From contig OZ245838.1 of NCBI GenBank assembly GCA_965228735.1, positions 5,440,001 through 5,504,000 of the forward strand: 64,000 nucleotides of DNA. Reading direction: 5' to 3'. The stretch's first letter is position 1. Every line of letters begins with the position of its first letter. Below, in pieces: positions 29,770 through 38,935 of this stretch. The notes beneath the pieces are model-generated. The model was given only the letters and a program-made list of their open reading frames with translations, searched no databases and was not told the origin of the DNA. Origin of the DNA: Planctomycetota bacterium (GTDB lineage Bacteria; Planctomycetota; UBA1135; UBA2386). The translations under genes were made by a program, and so were the position numbers.

Positions 29770-30912
29770 ATGAACCCCCCGTCAGTCTTCCCGCTGTCGA
29801 CCACGGTCGGCGCCGTTCTCGGTTTGTCGATCGGCCTCGGCGCGCAGACCACTGCCGTCGTTCCCGCGATCTGTGAGCACCTGCCTGGCAACGCCGCGGT
29901 GGCGATGCCGCTGCGTTGGAGCGAAGGCGTCATGCAGGTGCGCATCGAGGAAGACCTGTTGCCTGCCAACCTCGGCGCGAGCATCACGGGGGTCCGGTTG
30001 CGGCGGCCGACGTTCCTGGCGGAGCCGGCCTACCCAGCCGTGCAGCGGACGCTCACCGTGCGCGGCGGGTTTCAAACCGGGTCGAACCAGAGCGCGGCCG
30101 CGCTGACGCGCTACCTCACCTTCAATCGGTCGCCGGGGGTGAGCGTGCTCTTCGGGCCTGCCGTCGTTGCCGTCGGGGCGACTGCGGCCCCCGGGCCCGC
30201 GACCGCCGTCGGGGACGAGTTCATCGCGATCACGTTCACCACGCCACTGGCGGTGGGGCCAGGGTCGTTGTTGTTGGAGTTCGAGACCACCGACGCGCCG
30301 TTCCAGGTCATCGGCGATTCCTGGGTCGACGCGGTCTGGTTCGAGGGCGGCGTCGAGAACGGCTACGCCGTCACGCTCGGTGACGGCAGCTGCACGACCC
30401 GCAGCGGGCCGACGGAGTTGCGTTGGAACGACCCGACGACCGGGCCCGTCGTCGGCGGTACGGCTTCGTTTCGGATGACCGGAGCGGAGCCGAGTGCCTG
30501 GACCGCGCTCCTGATCGGCCTGACTCCGAGGCCGCGAGCGGCGAACGCAAGTTACGTCGGGTTCGGTGCTTCTCTGACGGCACTGGACCCCGGGCTCGGG
30601 GGGTGCCATCAGTGGGCGCCCGTGGACGGCATGGTCGGCGGCGCGGCCAACGTGGCGGGCACGAGCGACTTCAGCTTCCCGCTCTTCACGGATCCGAGCA
30701 CGGTCGGGATCGAGGTTGGGGTCCAGTCGCTGTGGCTCGACTCGTCGCGGCCGGGGCTCCAGATCTCCGTCAGCAACGGCGTGATGCTCGTGCTCGACGA
30801 GATCGACGTGGGGGATCAGTGCGCGACCGTGTTCTTCCCGGGATCCGTGACCTTCTCGCCCTGGGAGCCTTACCTCGGCCAGATGCCCGTGATCGTGCTC
30901 GAGCACAACTGA
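29770..30912 (+). CDS. Secreted hypothetical protein with the shared C-terminal beta domain
   Basis: AGGAG ribosome-binding site before ATG 29770, signal peptide ending ...LGA-Q. Confidence 0.7.
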   Translation: MNPPSVFPLSTTVGAVLGLSIGLGAQTTAVVPAICEHLPGNAAVAMPLRWSEGVMQVRIEEDLLPANLGASITGVRLRRPTFLAEPAYPAVQRTLTVRGGFQTGSNQSAAALTRYLTFNRSPGVSVLFGPAVVAVGATAAPGPATAVGDEFIAITFTTPLAVGPGSLLLEFETTDAPFQVIGDSWVDAVWFEGGVENGYAVTLGDGSCTTRSGPTELRWNDPTTGPVVGGTASFRMTGAEPSAWTALLIGLTPRPRAANASYVGFGASLTALDPGLGGCHQWAPVDGMVGGAANVAGTSDFSFPLFTDPSTVGIEVGVQSLWLDSSRPGLQISVSNGVMLVLDEIDVGDQCATVFFPGSVTFSPWEPYLGQMPVIVLEHN

Positions 30913-31052
30913 AGTGGGTGCCAGGCCGCCGGTCCGGGCCTTGCCCCGGGTCGGGCGAGAATTCTGCCGCGGCCGGCCGGTTGGAGCGGCTCGGGTCTTG
31001 ATCCGGGGGCGCGGGTCGCTACCTTGTTCGGCCCTCCCAACGCGACCGAGCC

Positions 31053-31217
31053 ATGGCCAAGCCCAAGAAGAAGAAAGAGATCGTCTTCCTCGTCTGCGAG
31101 GAGACTGGCGACCGGAACTACACGATCTTCAAGAAGCCGGGCACGCCGAAGCTCGAGCTCAGCAAGTACTGCCCTCGTCTGCGCAAGCACACGAAGCACA
31201 TCGAGAAGAAGAAGTAG
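31053..31217 (+). CDS. rpmG: 50S ribosomal protein L33 (missing from the ORF track)
   Basis: [54 protein letters not shown] (54 aa), matching the L33 signature. Confidence 0.95.
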   Translation: MAKPKKKKEIVFLVCEETGDRNYTIFKKPGTPKLELSKYCPRLRKHTKHIEKKK

Positions 31218-31226
31218 GGTCGCGGT

Positions 31227-31331
31227 GGGCCCCGTTTTAGAGGGCCCCGTTTTAGAGGGCCCCGTTTCTGAGGGCCCCGTCCCCCACGGCCCGTCCCCCA
31301 GGGCCCCGTCCCCCAGGGGCCCGGTCTCTAG
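31227..31331. repeat. 15-nt tandem repeat, about 7 degenerate copies, after rpmG
   Basis: GGGCCCCGTTTTAGA x2, GGGCCCCGTTTCTGA and GGGCCCCGTCCCCCA-type units. Confidence 0.85.
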
Positions 31332-31394
31332 CGGCACCGTTCTCTTGCGGCGCCCCGGCCGCGCGGAACCGTCTTCGAGCGCTCCGGCGGACCC

Positions 31395-32852
31395 TCAGTT
31401 CGTGGCGAGTCCGCTACGGAACTCGACCGGCTGTGGCCACGGCAGGCCCTCGCGCAGCGCGCGGCGCACCTCGTCGGCGGCGGCGCCCCCGAGCCCACAT
31501 TCTGCCAGCCGCTGTGCGCATCGCCGGGCGATGACCGTCGCCCCGGACGCCACGAGATTCCGGATCGCGAACCCGAACGCGCGTGCCGTGGGGCCGCGCC
31601 ACGGCGCGCGCGAATCGCGTTCGCGGCAGAACACCTCCGCTGCGCTTTCGAAGCGTGCGGGGGCTACGGCGCTGAGCGCGACCAGGGCGTGCAGGCGCAG
31701 TTCGAGGAGAGGTTCGTTCGTCGCCGCGAACTCGAGGGTCTCGAGCGCGGCAGCCGCGACAGTCTCCTCGCCGATCGGCAGGCCCGCCGACGCGAGCCCG
31801 AGCCCTGACAGGATGTCCCGTCGCGTGGTCGGCGCGACCGCATCCGCGAGGCACGAACAGTAGGTCTCCCGAAGCGGCACGGGGTCGCGTTCGCCGAGCG
31901 CGAGCCAGCCGGCGACGACGCTCGTGCCGGCGCGGGACAGTTGCAACAGGACCTCGGCGGCTTCGTCCCCCGGCCAGCCCGCGCCGATCGCGACTGCGAG
32001 CTGCTGCACGAACGCGTCGGGCTCGGTACGCCGCAGATGTCCGAGCACGGATTCGCGACGGCGCGGATCCCGGAGCAGGTGCTCGTAGGCGATCTGGCGT
32101 TGGCACGGGTTGCCCGTCGTGAGCCAGGTGTGCGCAGTGCTCGTGAGGTGGGCCGCGACGCGTGGGCCGCCGCGGAGCCGGATTCGCCAGTGGCTGCGCA
32201 GCAGCGCGAGCCGCGTGACCGCCGGGACGTGTTCTCGCGTCGTGAGCATTTCGATCGCGGGAGCATGGGCTGCGCCGAGCCAGTCGCCGTCGGCCAGCCC
32301 GTCGATCGCGAGCGCGACCGCCACGCTGCGGCCGGCGGTTGCAAGGGCCGTTGCAACGAGGTGGTCGGGGTCGTCGCGTCGCTCGCAGTCGATCGTGAGC
32401 ACGCGCCGCGTGACCTTGACGAGAGCGGCGTGCCGTCCGTCACGCTGATTCGCCAACTCGGCAAGCGCGCACTCGCCGGCGTCGGCCCGGCTCGCGACGA
32501 GTGCGGCGAGCCGCGCATCGCACTCGCGATCGAGTTCGGCCGCGGCCGTGGGGCGGGCTGCGTCCCAGAGCTCACCGATTCTGTTCACAGCGTTGGCGAT
32601 GGCCTGCAGTTCGCGCCCGAACTCGGTCCGTTGGGCAACGTCGTGCGGGCCCGTCGATGGCTCGGGGACCGGCGGTGGGAACGCCTCGGATCGTGGCGCG
32701 GGGGCCGGTCGCGTCGGGGTTGCCGGTTCGGGTCGTTCGCCGAGGAGTTGACCCGTGCGGAACCCGATCGCGAAACCGATCGCGAACAGGGTCAGGAGGA
32801 ATGCGAGCCACAGTGCGCGGCGGTTGCGTAGGGACGATTGACGTCTGCACAT
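31395..32852 (-). CDS. Membrane-anchored helical hypothetical protein
   Basis: Long ORF with an N-terminal transmembrane helix (ALWLAFLLTLFAIGFAIGF) and a Pro-rich linker. Start uncertain. Confidence 0.55.
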   Translation of the reverse strand: MCRRQSSLRNRRALWLAFLLTLFAIGFAIGFRTGQLLGERPEPATPTRPAPAPRSEAFPPPVPEPSTGPHDVAQRTEFGRELQAIANAVNRIGELWDAARPTAAAELDRECDARLAALVASRADAGECALAELANQRDGRHAALVKVTRRVLTIDCERRDDPDHLVATALATAGRSVAVALAIDGLADGDWLGAAHAPAIEMLTTREHVPAVTRLALLRSHWRIRLRGGPRVAAHLTSTAHTWLTTGNPCQRQIAYEHLLRDPRRRESVLGHLRRTEPDAFVQQLAVAIGAGWPGDEAAEVLLQLSRAGTSVVAGWLALGERDPVPLRETYCSCLADAVAPTTRRDILSGLGLASAGLPIGEETVAAAALETLEFAATNEPLLELRLHALVALSAVAPARFESAAEVFCRERDSRAPWRGPTARAFGFAIRNLVASGATVIARRCAQRLAECGLGGAAADEVRRALREGLPWPQPVEFRSGLATN

Positions 32853-33101
32853 GGTTGATGCTGTCGCGGCGCCGGGCGAACTCAGGTTCGTGCGGCGCCG
32901 CGGTTTTTCTCGGCCGCGGTTTACGGCTGCGGTTTTCTTCGCCGCGGTTTCACGGTCGCGATCCATCGGTCGCGATCTACTGGACGCGGGGACGGTTGGT
33001 TGGCTTCGCGCCCGCAGCGGTTGCCGGGGTGCACCAGTGGTACGTGCGAGACGGGGGGGAAGCCGGGTCGAAAAACCGCCCTCGCGCGGCCGAGCCGAGG
33101 G

Positions 33102-34073
33102 TCAGCGCGCGAGGTCGCGCGCCGCCGCCTCAATGCCGGCGTCGACCGGGCCGGCGCGCCAGCCGAGCTCGCGTTCGGCCTTGGCCGACGAGTACCAGAG
33201 GTAGCGCGGCGCCAGTCGCAAGATCTCGCTGGTGAGCGGCGGCCGGCTGCCGAAGAGTCGTTCCTTGCCGGCGAGCAGGCGCGCCGCGAGCTTCGTCAGC
33301 GTTGCCGGAATCGTCCGGCGTGGCGGCGTGCCGCCGACCAATGCCGCGATCCGTTCGGCCAGTTGCCGGCCGGTGAGGTTCTCACCACCGAGGATGTAGC
33401 GCTCGCCCGTCCGGCCGCGCTGGATGGCGGCCAGGATCCCGGCGCAGACATCGGTCACGTTCGCCACGTTCAAACCGCCGGGCGCGGCCCATCGCAGCTT
33501 GCCATCCAGGATCGCGGTGATCAGCGAGCCGTCGCCGCCCTTGCGCGGATCGCCCGCGCCGAACATCGATGGCGGGTTGACGATCACGGCGTCGAGTCCG
33601 CGAGCCACTTCGGCGGCGACGGCGGCCTCCGCGCTTCGCTTCGTGTCGCAGTACCCGATTCGGAGCGGGCCGAAGTTGAAGGGCGCGGTCTCGTCGACCG
33701 CCTCGGGGCGATCGCGATAGGCCACCGCGCTGATCGTCGAGCAATGCAGGAATCGCCGCACGTTCGCGGCCCGGGCGAGTCGCGCCAGCCTCGCGGTCGC
33801 CTCGACGTTCACCCGCTGCATGAGTTCGCGGTCCTCGGGCCGGAACGAGACCACGGCCGCGAGGTGCACGACGATCTCGGCGCCGTCGACGCCGCGGGCC
33901 AGCGCCGGATCGTCGGCGAGCCGGCCCTCGATGGGCTGGTAGGGCACGTCGGTCGGCAACCGTTGCCCAGGACGAACGAGCGCCCGCACGTCGTGCTCGC
34001 GCGCGAGCAGCGGCAGGAGATGGCGGCCGACGAACCCGCTGCCGCCGGTGAGCAGGCAGATGGGGCGAGTCAT
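33102..34073 (-). CDS. NAD-dependent epimerase/dehydratase (HpnA/dihydroflavonol reductase-like)
   Basis: TGGSGFVG, HLAA, YCDTK, GERYILGGEN. Confidence 0.88.
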   Translation of the reverse strand: MTRPICLLTGGSGFVGRHLLPLLAREHDVRALVRPGQRLPTDVPYQPIEGRLADDPALARGVDGAEIVVHLAAVVSFRPEDRELMQRVNVEATARLARLARAANVRRFLHCSTISAVAYRDRPEAVDETAPFNFGPLRIGYCDTKRSAEAAVAAEVARGLDAVIVNPPSMFGAGDPRKGGDGSLITAILDGKLRWAAPGGLNVANVTDVCAGILAAIQRGRTGERYILGGENLTGRQLAERIAALVGGTPPRRTIPATLTKLAARLLAGKERLFGSRPPLTSEILRLAPRYLWYSSAKAERELGWRAGPVDAGIEAAARDLAR

Positions 34074-34183
34074 CGGCGCCGGCCTGCTGTGGGGCGCCGG
34101 GTTGCGGGGTCAGAGGCAGGCACGGGCTCGCCGAGCGGCATGGGAAGAACGCTAACGCGGCTCGCGGCGGCCGCATCCGGTAG

Positions 34184-34338
34184 CTGGTGCATTGATTGTG
34201 CATGGGGGGCCGGCGGTCGTCCGGTGGCCGCGGCGGACCGCCCAAGCGGCTGCGTGCCAGGGCGTTGTCGCGTCTTCGCCGGGTTGCTTCACCCGAGCGC
34301 GTTCGCCGCGAACGCGCCGTGCACACGCAATGCACCAG
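34184..34338. mobile_element. Inverted-repeat-bounded intergenic element (155 bp)
   Basis: CTGGTGCATTGATTGTGCATGG (34184-34205) matches the reverse complement of 34317-34338 at 19/22 positions. Confidence 0.5.
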
Positions 34339-34474
34339 GTCTCGGTCGCGAGTTCCGCTCGAGGGTAAGCGGCCCTGGAGGTCTGCCGTTCGCGTCACGC
34401 CATGCCACGGCGCGTTGCCCGTGGTTAGACTGCCGGGTCGCCTGCTTCCCCTTCCCCTCCGCCCCAAGAGCTTC

Positions 34475-37315
34475 ATGTTCCAAGCTACATCACAGGCCGC
34501 CTTCCTCGTCGCCGCCCTCGGCGTTTCGGTCGCAATCAGCGCCCAGGCTCCGACCGCGCCGACGAACGAGTCGTCGTTCGTCTTCCTGCGCTACGAGACG
34601 TTCAACCCGTTGCAGGGTGAGCCGGAGATCCCGGCGACGCTCCAGAGCCGCGAGTCCGACCGGCTCTTCATCGTCCAGTTCCACGGCACGCCCCAGCAGG
34701 CCGATCGCGACGCGATCGCGGCGCTCGGCGGCGAGGTGCACGGTTACCTGCCCGACAACAGCTACGTCGTTCGGATGCCGGGTTCGCGACGGGACGCCGT
34801 GATGGCGCAGACCGGCGTGCGTTGGGTTGGCGCCTATCACCCGGCCTACCGGATCGATCCGGAGATCCTCGAGGTGCTCGCCGACGGTGACCTCGGGGCC
34901 GCGCGCTACAACATGGTCGTTGTCGACAAGCACAACGACAAGCCGGCGCTCGCGGCCGGGATCCAGGGCATCGGCGGGATCGTCGACAACGAGCACACCG
35001 GCAGCCTGCTGTTCACGGCCACGCTGACCGCGGAGCAGCTCGTCCAGACCGCGCACTTCGATCAGGTGCTCTGGATCGACGCTTGGGGCGCTCCCGAGAA
35101 CGATGTCGACAACGCGCGCGCGCAGAGCGGCGCCAACTACGTCGAGACGCAGGGTGGCTACACCGGCAACGGTATCAACCTGCACATCTACGAGGGCATC
35201 CTGCAATCACACCAGGCCTTCTCGGGCCCGGTCGTCAACGTCAACAGCGGCGGCCAATCGACGGGCCACGGCACCAACACGGCCGGCATCGTCTTCGGTG
35301 ATGGCACGGGCAACCCGCAGTTCCGGGGCTATTCGCCGGACTCGGGCAAGTTCTACACGAACTACAGCTCGGTCAGCACGTCGCGTTGGCAGGTCGTCAG
35401 CGACCTGATCAACGTGCACAACGTGAGCCACACGACGGCGTCCTGGGGTGACCCACGCACGCGCAACTACACGTCGGTCTCGGCGGAGGCGGACGACATC
35501 ATCTTCGACCACGACATCGCGTGGACGCAGAGCCAGAGCAACGCCGGCAACCAGGATTCGCGGCCGCAGGCATGGGCGAAGAACATCTTCTCCTGCGGTG
35601 GCTTCGGTCACGGCAACAACGCCAACCCGCAGGACGACTCGTGGCAGGCCGGTAACGGCAGCACCGGGCCGGCGGCCGACGGGCGCATCAAGCCGACGCT
35701 GGCCGCGTACTACGACCAGATCGGTACGACGAGCAGCAACGGTGGCTACACGACGAACTTCGGTGGCACGTCGGGTGCGACGCCGATCATCGCGGGCAAC
35801 AACGCGCTCGCGATCGACATGTTCACGGACGACTCGGCGATGCCGGGATTCGGCATCTTCGGTAACCAGCTCCGCAACCCGGGTGCGTCCAAGCACGTCA
35901 ACCGCCCGCACTTCACGACGCTGAAGTGCCTGCAGGTCGCGAACGCGAGTCAGTACCCGTTCAACGCCACGAGCTCCGACAACCGTCGTGAGCACGTCGG
36001 CTGGGGCTACCCGAGTCTCGAGCGGATGCACGACTACCGCGACAAGACGTTCATCGTGGACGAGACCGACATCCTCACGAACGGCAACACGATGGTCTAC
36101 AGCGTGTTCGTGGCGCCGGGTGAGACCCGCTTCAGCGCGGTGCTGCACTACGCCGAGCCGGGGGCCAACCCGGCCGCGACGATCACGCTGATCAACAACC
36201 TGTCGCTGCGCATCACCGCGCCCGACAGCACGACCTACTGGGGCAACAACGGCCTCGAGCAGGGCAACTGGTCGGTTCCGGGCGGCAGCGAGGACGGGAT
36301 CAACCCGATCGAGTGCGTGTTCGTGCAGAACCCGACGCCGGGTGCCTGGACGATCGAGGTCATCGCGACGTCGATCGTGCAGGACAACCACGTCGAGACC
36401 GCGGCGGTCGATGCCGACTTCGGCCTCGTCGTCACGGGTGGCACGGGCCAGCCGCCGACGAACGCGTTCTTCACGACGTTCGGCGTCGCGTGCGCGGGTT
36501 CGTCGAGCACGACCTCGCCTTGCGTCGAGGTCAACGGCAGTGGCGGCACGCTCACGGGTCTGACGAGCAACAAGGAGTTCGGCATCATCCCGGCGCAGGC
36601 TCAGGCCGACATCGAACGATTCGAGGTCTTCCTGCAGTCGACGGGTGGCACGGTCTCGGTGCCGGCGGCGATCTACCCGCTGCTCAGCCCGACGCCGATC
36701 GCGACGACGACGATCACCGTCGGACCCAACGCGGCGTTCTACGAGGCCGACTTCGGTGCGCCGGTTGCCTTGGCGGGCGCGGTTTTCCTCGGCGTCGATA
36801 CCTCCGCGGGCAACGTGTTCGTGCCGAACCTCGCGACCGGCAACTCCGGTGCCGTGTTCTCGCGTCCGAACGCGACCGGCAGCTGGACGTTCGATCCGTC
36901 GGTGAACCGTCCGTCCTACCGCGTGTACTGCACGGCCGGCACGGTCTTCGACGTGCCGGAGCTCGGCAACACCGGCCTGCCGATTCTCGGCACCAGCTAC
37001 GACATCACGCTGAGCAACGCGCTGCCCTCGACGGCTGCGTTCGCCGTGACGGGCCTGTCGGACCAGACGTTCAACGGTCAGTCGCTGCCGGCGCCGCTGC
37101 CGGGTGCTCCGGGTTGTGACCTGCAGGTCTCGGCCGACGCCACCCGGTTGGTCTTCGTCGACGCGAACGGTGCGGCGAGCGTCTCGACGCCGGTGCCCTC
37201 GAACACCTCGTTCATCGGCGTCGTGCTGTTCCACCAGTGGGCGATCGCCGACCCGACCAAGAACGCGCTCGGCATCGTCGTGTCGAACTCGGGCCGTGCC
37301 TTCCTCGGGAACTGA
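34475..37315 (+). CDS. Secreted S8 (subtilisin-like) serine peptidase
   Basis: Signal peptide and prodomain, HGTNTAG, SNAGN, GP..DGRIKP, GGTSGATP. The catalytic Asp position reads Glu (HIYEGI). Confidence 0.85.
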   Translation: MFQATSQAAFLVAALGVSVAISAQAPTAPTNESSFVFLRYETFNPLQGEPEIPATLQSRESDRLFIVQFHGTPQQADRDAIAALGGEVHGYLPDNSYVVRMPGSRRDAVMAQTGVRWVGAYHPAYRIDPEILEVLADGDLGAARYNMVVVDKHNDKPALAAGIQGIGGIVDNEHTGSLLFTATLTAEQLVQTAHFDQVLWIDAWGAPENDVDNARAQSGANYVETQGGYTGNGINLHIYEGILQSHQAFSGPVVNVNSGGQSTGHGTNTAGIVFGDGTGNPQFRGYSPDSGKFYTNYSSVSTSRWQVVSDLINVHNVSHTTASWGDPRTRNYTSVSAEADDIIFDHDIAWTQSQSNAGNQDSRPQAWAKNIFSCGGFGHGNNANPQDDSWQAGNGSTGPAADGRIKPTLAAYYDQIGTTSSNGGYTTNFGGTSGATPIIAGNNALAIDMFTDDSAMPGFGIFGNQLRNPGASKHVNRPHFTTLKCLQVANASQYPFNATSSDNRREHVGWGYPSLERMHDYRDKTFIVDETDILTNGNTMVYSVFVAPGETRFSAVLHYAEPGANPAATITLINNLSLRITAPDSTTYWGNNGLEQGNWSVPGGSEDGINPIECVFVQNPTPGAWTIEVIATSIVQDNHVETAAVDADFGLVVTGGTGQPPTNAFFTTFGVACAGSSSTTSPCVEVNGSGGTLTGLTSNKEFGIIPAQAQADIERFEVFLQSTGGTVSVPAAIYPLLSPTPIATTTITVGPNAAFYEADFGAPVALAGAVFLGVDTSAGNVFVPNLATGNSGAVFSRPNATGSWTFDPSVNRPSYRVYCTAGTVFDVPELGNTGLPILGTSYDITLSNALPSTAAFAVTGLSDQTFNGQSLPAPLPGAPGCDLQVSADATRLVFVDANGAASVSTPVPSNTSFIGVVLFHQWAIADPTKNALGIVVSNSGRAFLGN

Positions 37316-37327
37316 CGCTGGCTGAGA

Positions 37328-37420
37328 GCCGGGTGGTCCGAGGCCGCCCGGCTGGTTCGGTGTGCGCAAGCGCGCCGAGTCGAACGCGCCCGATGACGCG
37401 GTCATCGGGCGCGCTCGTGT
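37328..37420. repeat. Three back-to-back GC-rich hairpins after the S8 gene
   Basis: AGCCGGGTGGTC/GGCCGCCCGGCT; TCGGTGTGC-GCAA-GCGCGCCGA; CGCGCCCGATGAC/GTCATCGGGCGCG. Confidence 0.55.
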
Positions 37421-37528
37421 ACGGTCGGTGGCTGCCGTTGCGAAGCCGCGACTGGTAAATGACCCGCAGCTGCAGAAGCTTGCAGGCAGGCGGCGCGGCC
37501 ATCCCGGCGCCTGCTCGACGGCGGCAGC

Positions 37529-38935
37529 ATGCGCATCCTGCACACGGCAGACTGGCACCTGGGACACACGTTGCGCGGGCATTCCCGGCAACGTGAGCAC
37601 GAGCACTTCCTCGGATGGCTCGTCGACACGGTCGTCGAACGCCGGGTGGACGCGGTCCTCATCGCGGGGGACGTGTTCGACAGCGCCAATCCGCCGCCCT
37701 TCGCTTGGCGGCTCTGGTTCGAGTTCCTCGGGGCGCTGCGGCGGCGGCGGCCGGGTGTGCAGGTGGTGGTCATCGCCGGCAATCACGATTCGGCCGCTCG
37801 CCTCGAAGCGCCGCGCGACCTGCTCGCCGCGTTCGATGTTCACGTGTTGGGGCGAGTGCGGCGCGATGCCGACGGTCGCTTGCTCGCGGACCAACTCTTG
37901 ATTCCGCTGGTCGGGGTGGAGGATTCCGAGGCCCGCGCGCTCGTCGTCGCGATTCCGTTCTTGCGGGCGAGCGACGTGGCCGTCGTTCGCGACGTCGAAC
38001 GGGATGGGGCCGAACGGGATGGGGCCGAACGGAAGGGGACCGAGCGGGAGGGCGGAGCGGGCGAGTCGAAGGCCGTTGCGATTCCGCGGGCCGGTGAGTC
38101 TGTCGAGCGACACGAGCTGGGCAGCGCGGACGGCGATGACCCGCTGATCGTCGGCATGCGGGCGCTGCACTCGGAGCTCTTCGAGGCGGCGCGGTCCCGG
38201 CTCGAGTCGGGGCAGGCGCTCGTCGCGATGGCGCATGGCTATCTCGTCGGCGGCATGTTGAGTGAGCTCAGCGAACGCAAGGTGCTCGGTGGCAATCAAC
38301 ATGCACTGCCCGTCGACCTGTTCCCCGACGATTGCGATTACGTGGCGCTCGGCCACCTGCACCGGCCGCAGAAGGTCGCGATGCGCGAGAACGTGCGCTA
38401 CTGCGGTTCGCCGATCCCGTTGTCGATGCCCGAGCGCGAACACCCGCATCACGTGGTCTTCGCGGACCTCGCGGATGGCGCGCTCGAGAAGGTGTGGTCG
38501 TTGCGGGTGCCGCGTCTCGTGCCGTTGCTGCGGATTCCGGAGCGCGGCGAGCTCGAGCCCGAAGCTGCGATGGCCGCCGTCGCCGCGTTGCCGGCGCGGG
38601 ACGCCGAGGACGGCCTTCTCGACGAGGATCTGCGACCGCTGCTCGAGATCGCCGTGCGGGTGCCGGAGCCGATGCCGAGCCTCGCCGAACGCCTCGTGAC
38701 GGCGGCCGCAGACCGCGACGTGCGGCTCGCGCGGATCGAGCTCAAGACGACCGCTGCACCGTCCGGCGGCGAGCCCGATGGTTCCACGTCGCGCGACCTC
38801 GCCACGCTGTTGCCGGAGGAACTGTTCCGGTTGCGCTACGCGCGCGAGCACGAGGGCGCGGTGCCGAAGCGCCTGCTCGCTGCGTTTCGCGAGCTCGTCG
38901 ACGAGGTCGAGAACGGCTCGGAGGTCGCGCCGTGA
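37529..38935 (+). CDS. sbcD: Nuclease SbcCD subunit D
   Basis: MRILHTADWHLG, AGDVFD, AGNHDS, DYVALGHLH, RYCGSP. Confidence 0.93.
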   Translation: MRILHTADWHLGHTLRGHSRQREHEHFLGWLVDTVVERRVDAVLIAGDVFDSANPPPFAWRLWFEFLGALRRRRPGVQVVVIAGNHDSAARLEAPRDLLAAFDVHVLGRVRRDADGRLLADQLLIPLVGVEDSEARALVVAIPFLRASDVAVVRDVERDGAERDGAERKGTEREGGAGESKAVAIPRAGESVERHELGSADGDDPLIVGMRALHSELFEAARSRLESGQALVAMAHGYLVGGMLSELSERKVLGGNQHALPVDLFPDDCDYVALGHLHRPQKVAMRENVRYCGSPIPLSMPEREHPHHVVFADLADGALEKVWSLRVPRLVPLLRIPERGELEPEAAMAAVAALPARDAEDGLLDEDLRPLLEIAVRVPEPMPSLAERLVTAAADRDVRLARIELKTTAAPSGGEPDGSTSRDLATLLPEELFRLRYAREHEGAVPKRLLAAFRELVDEVENGSEVAP

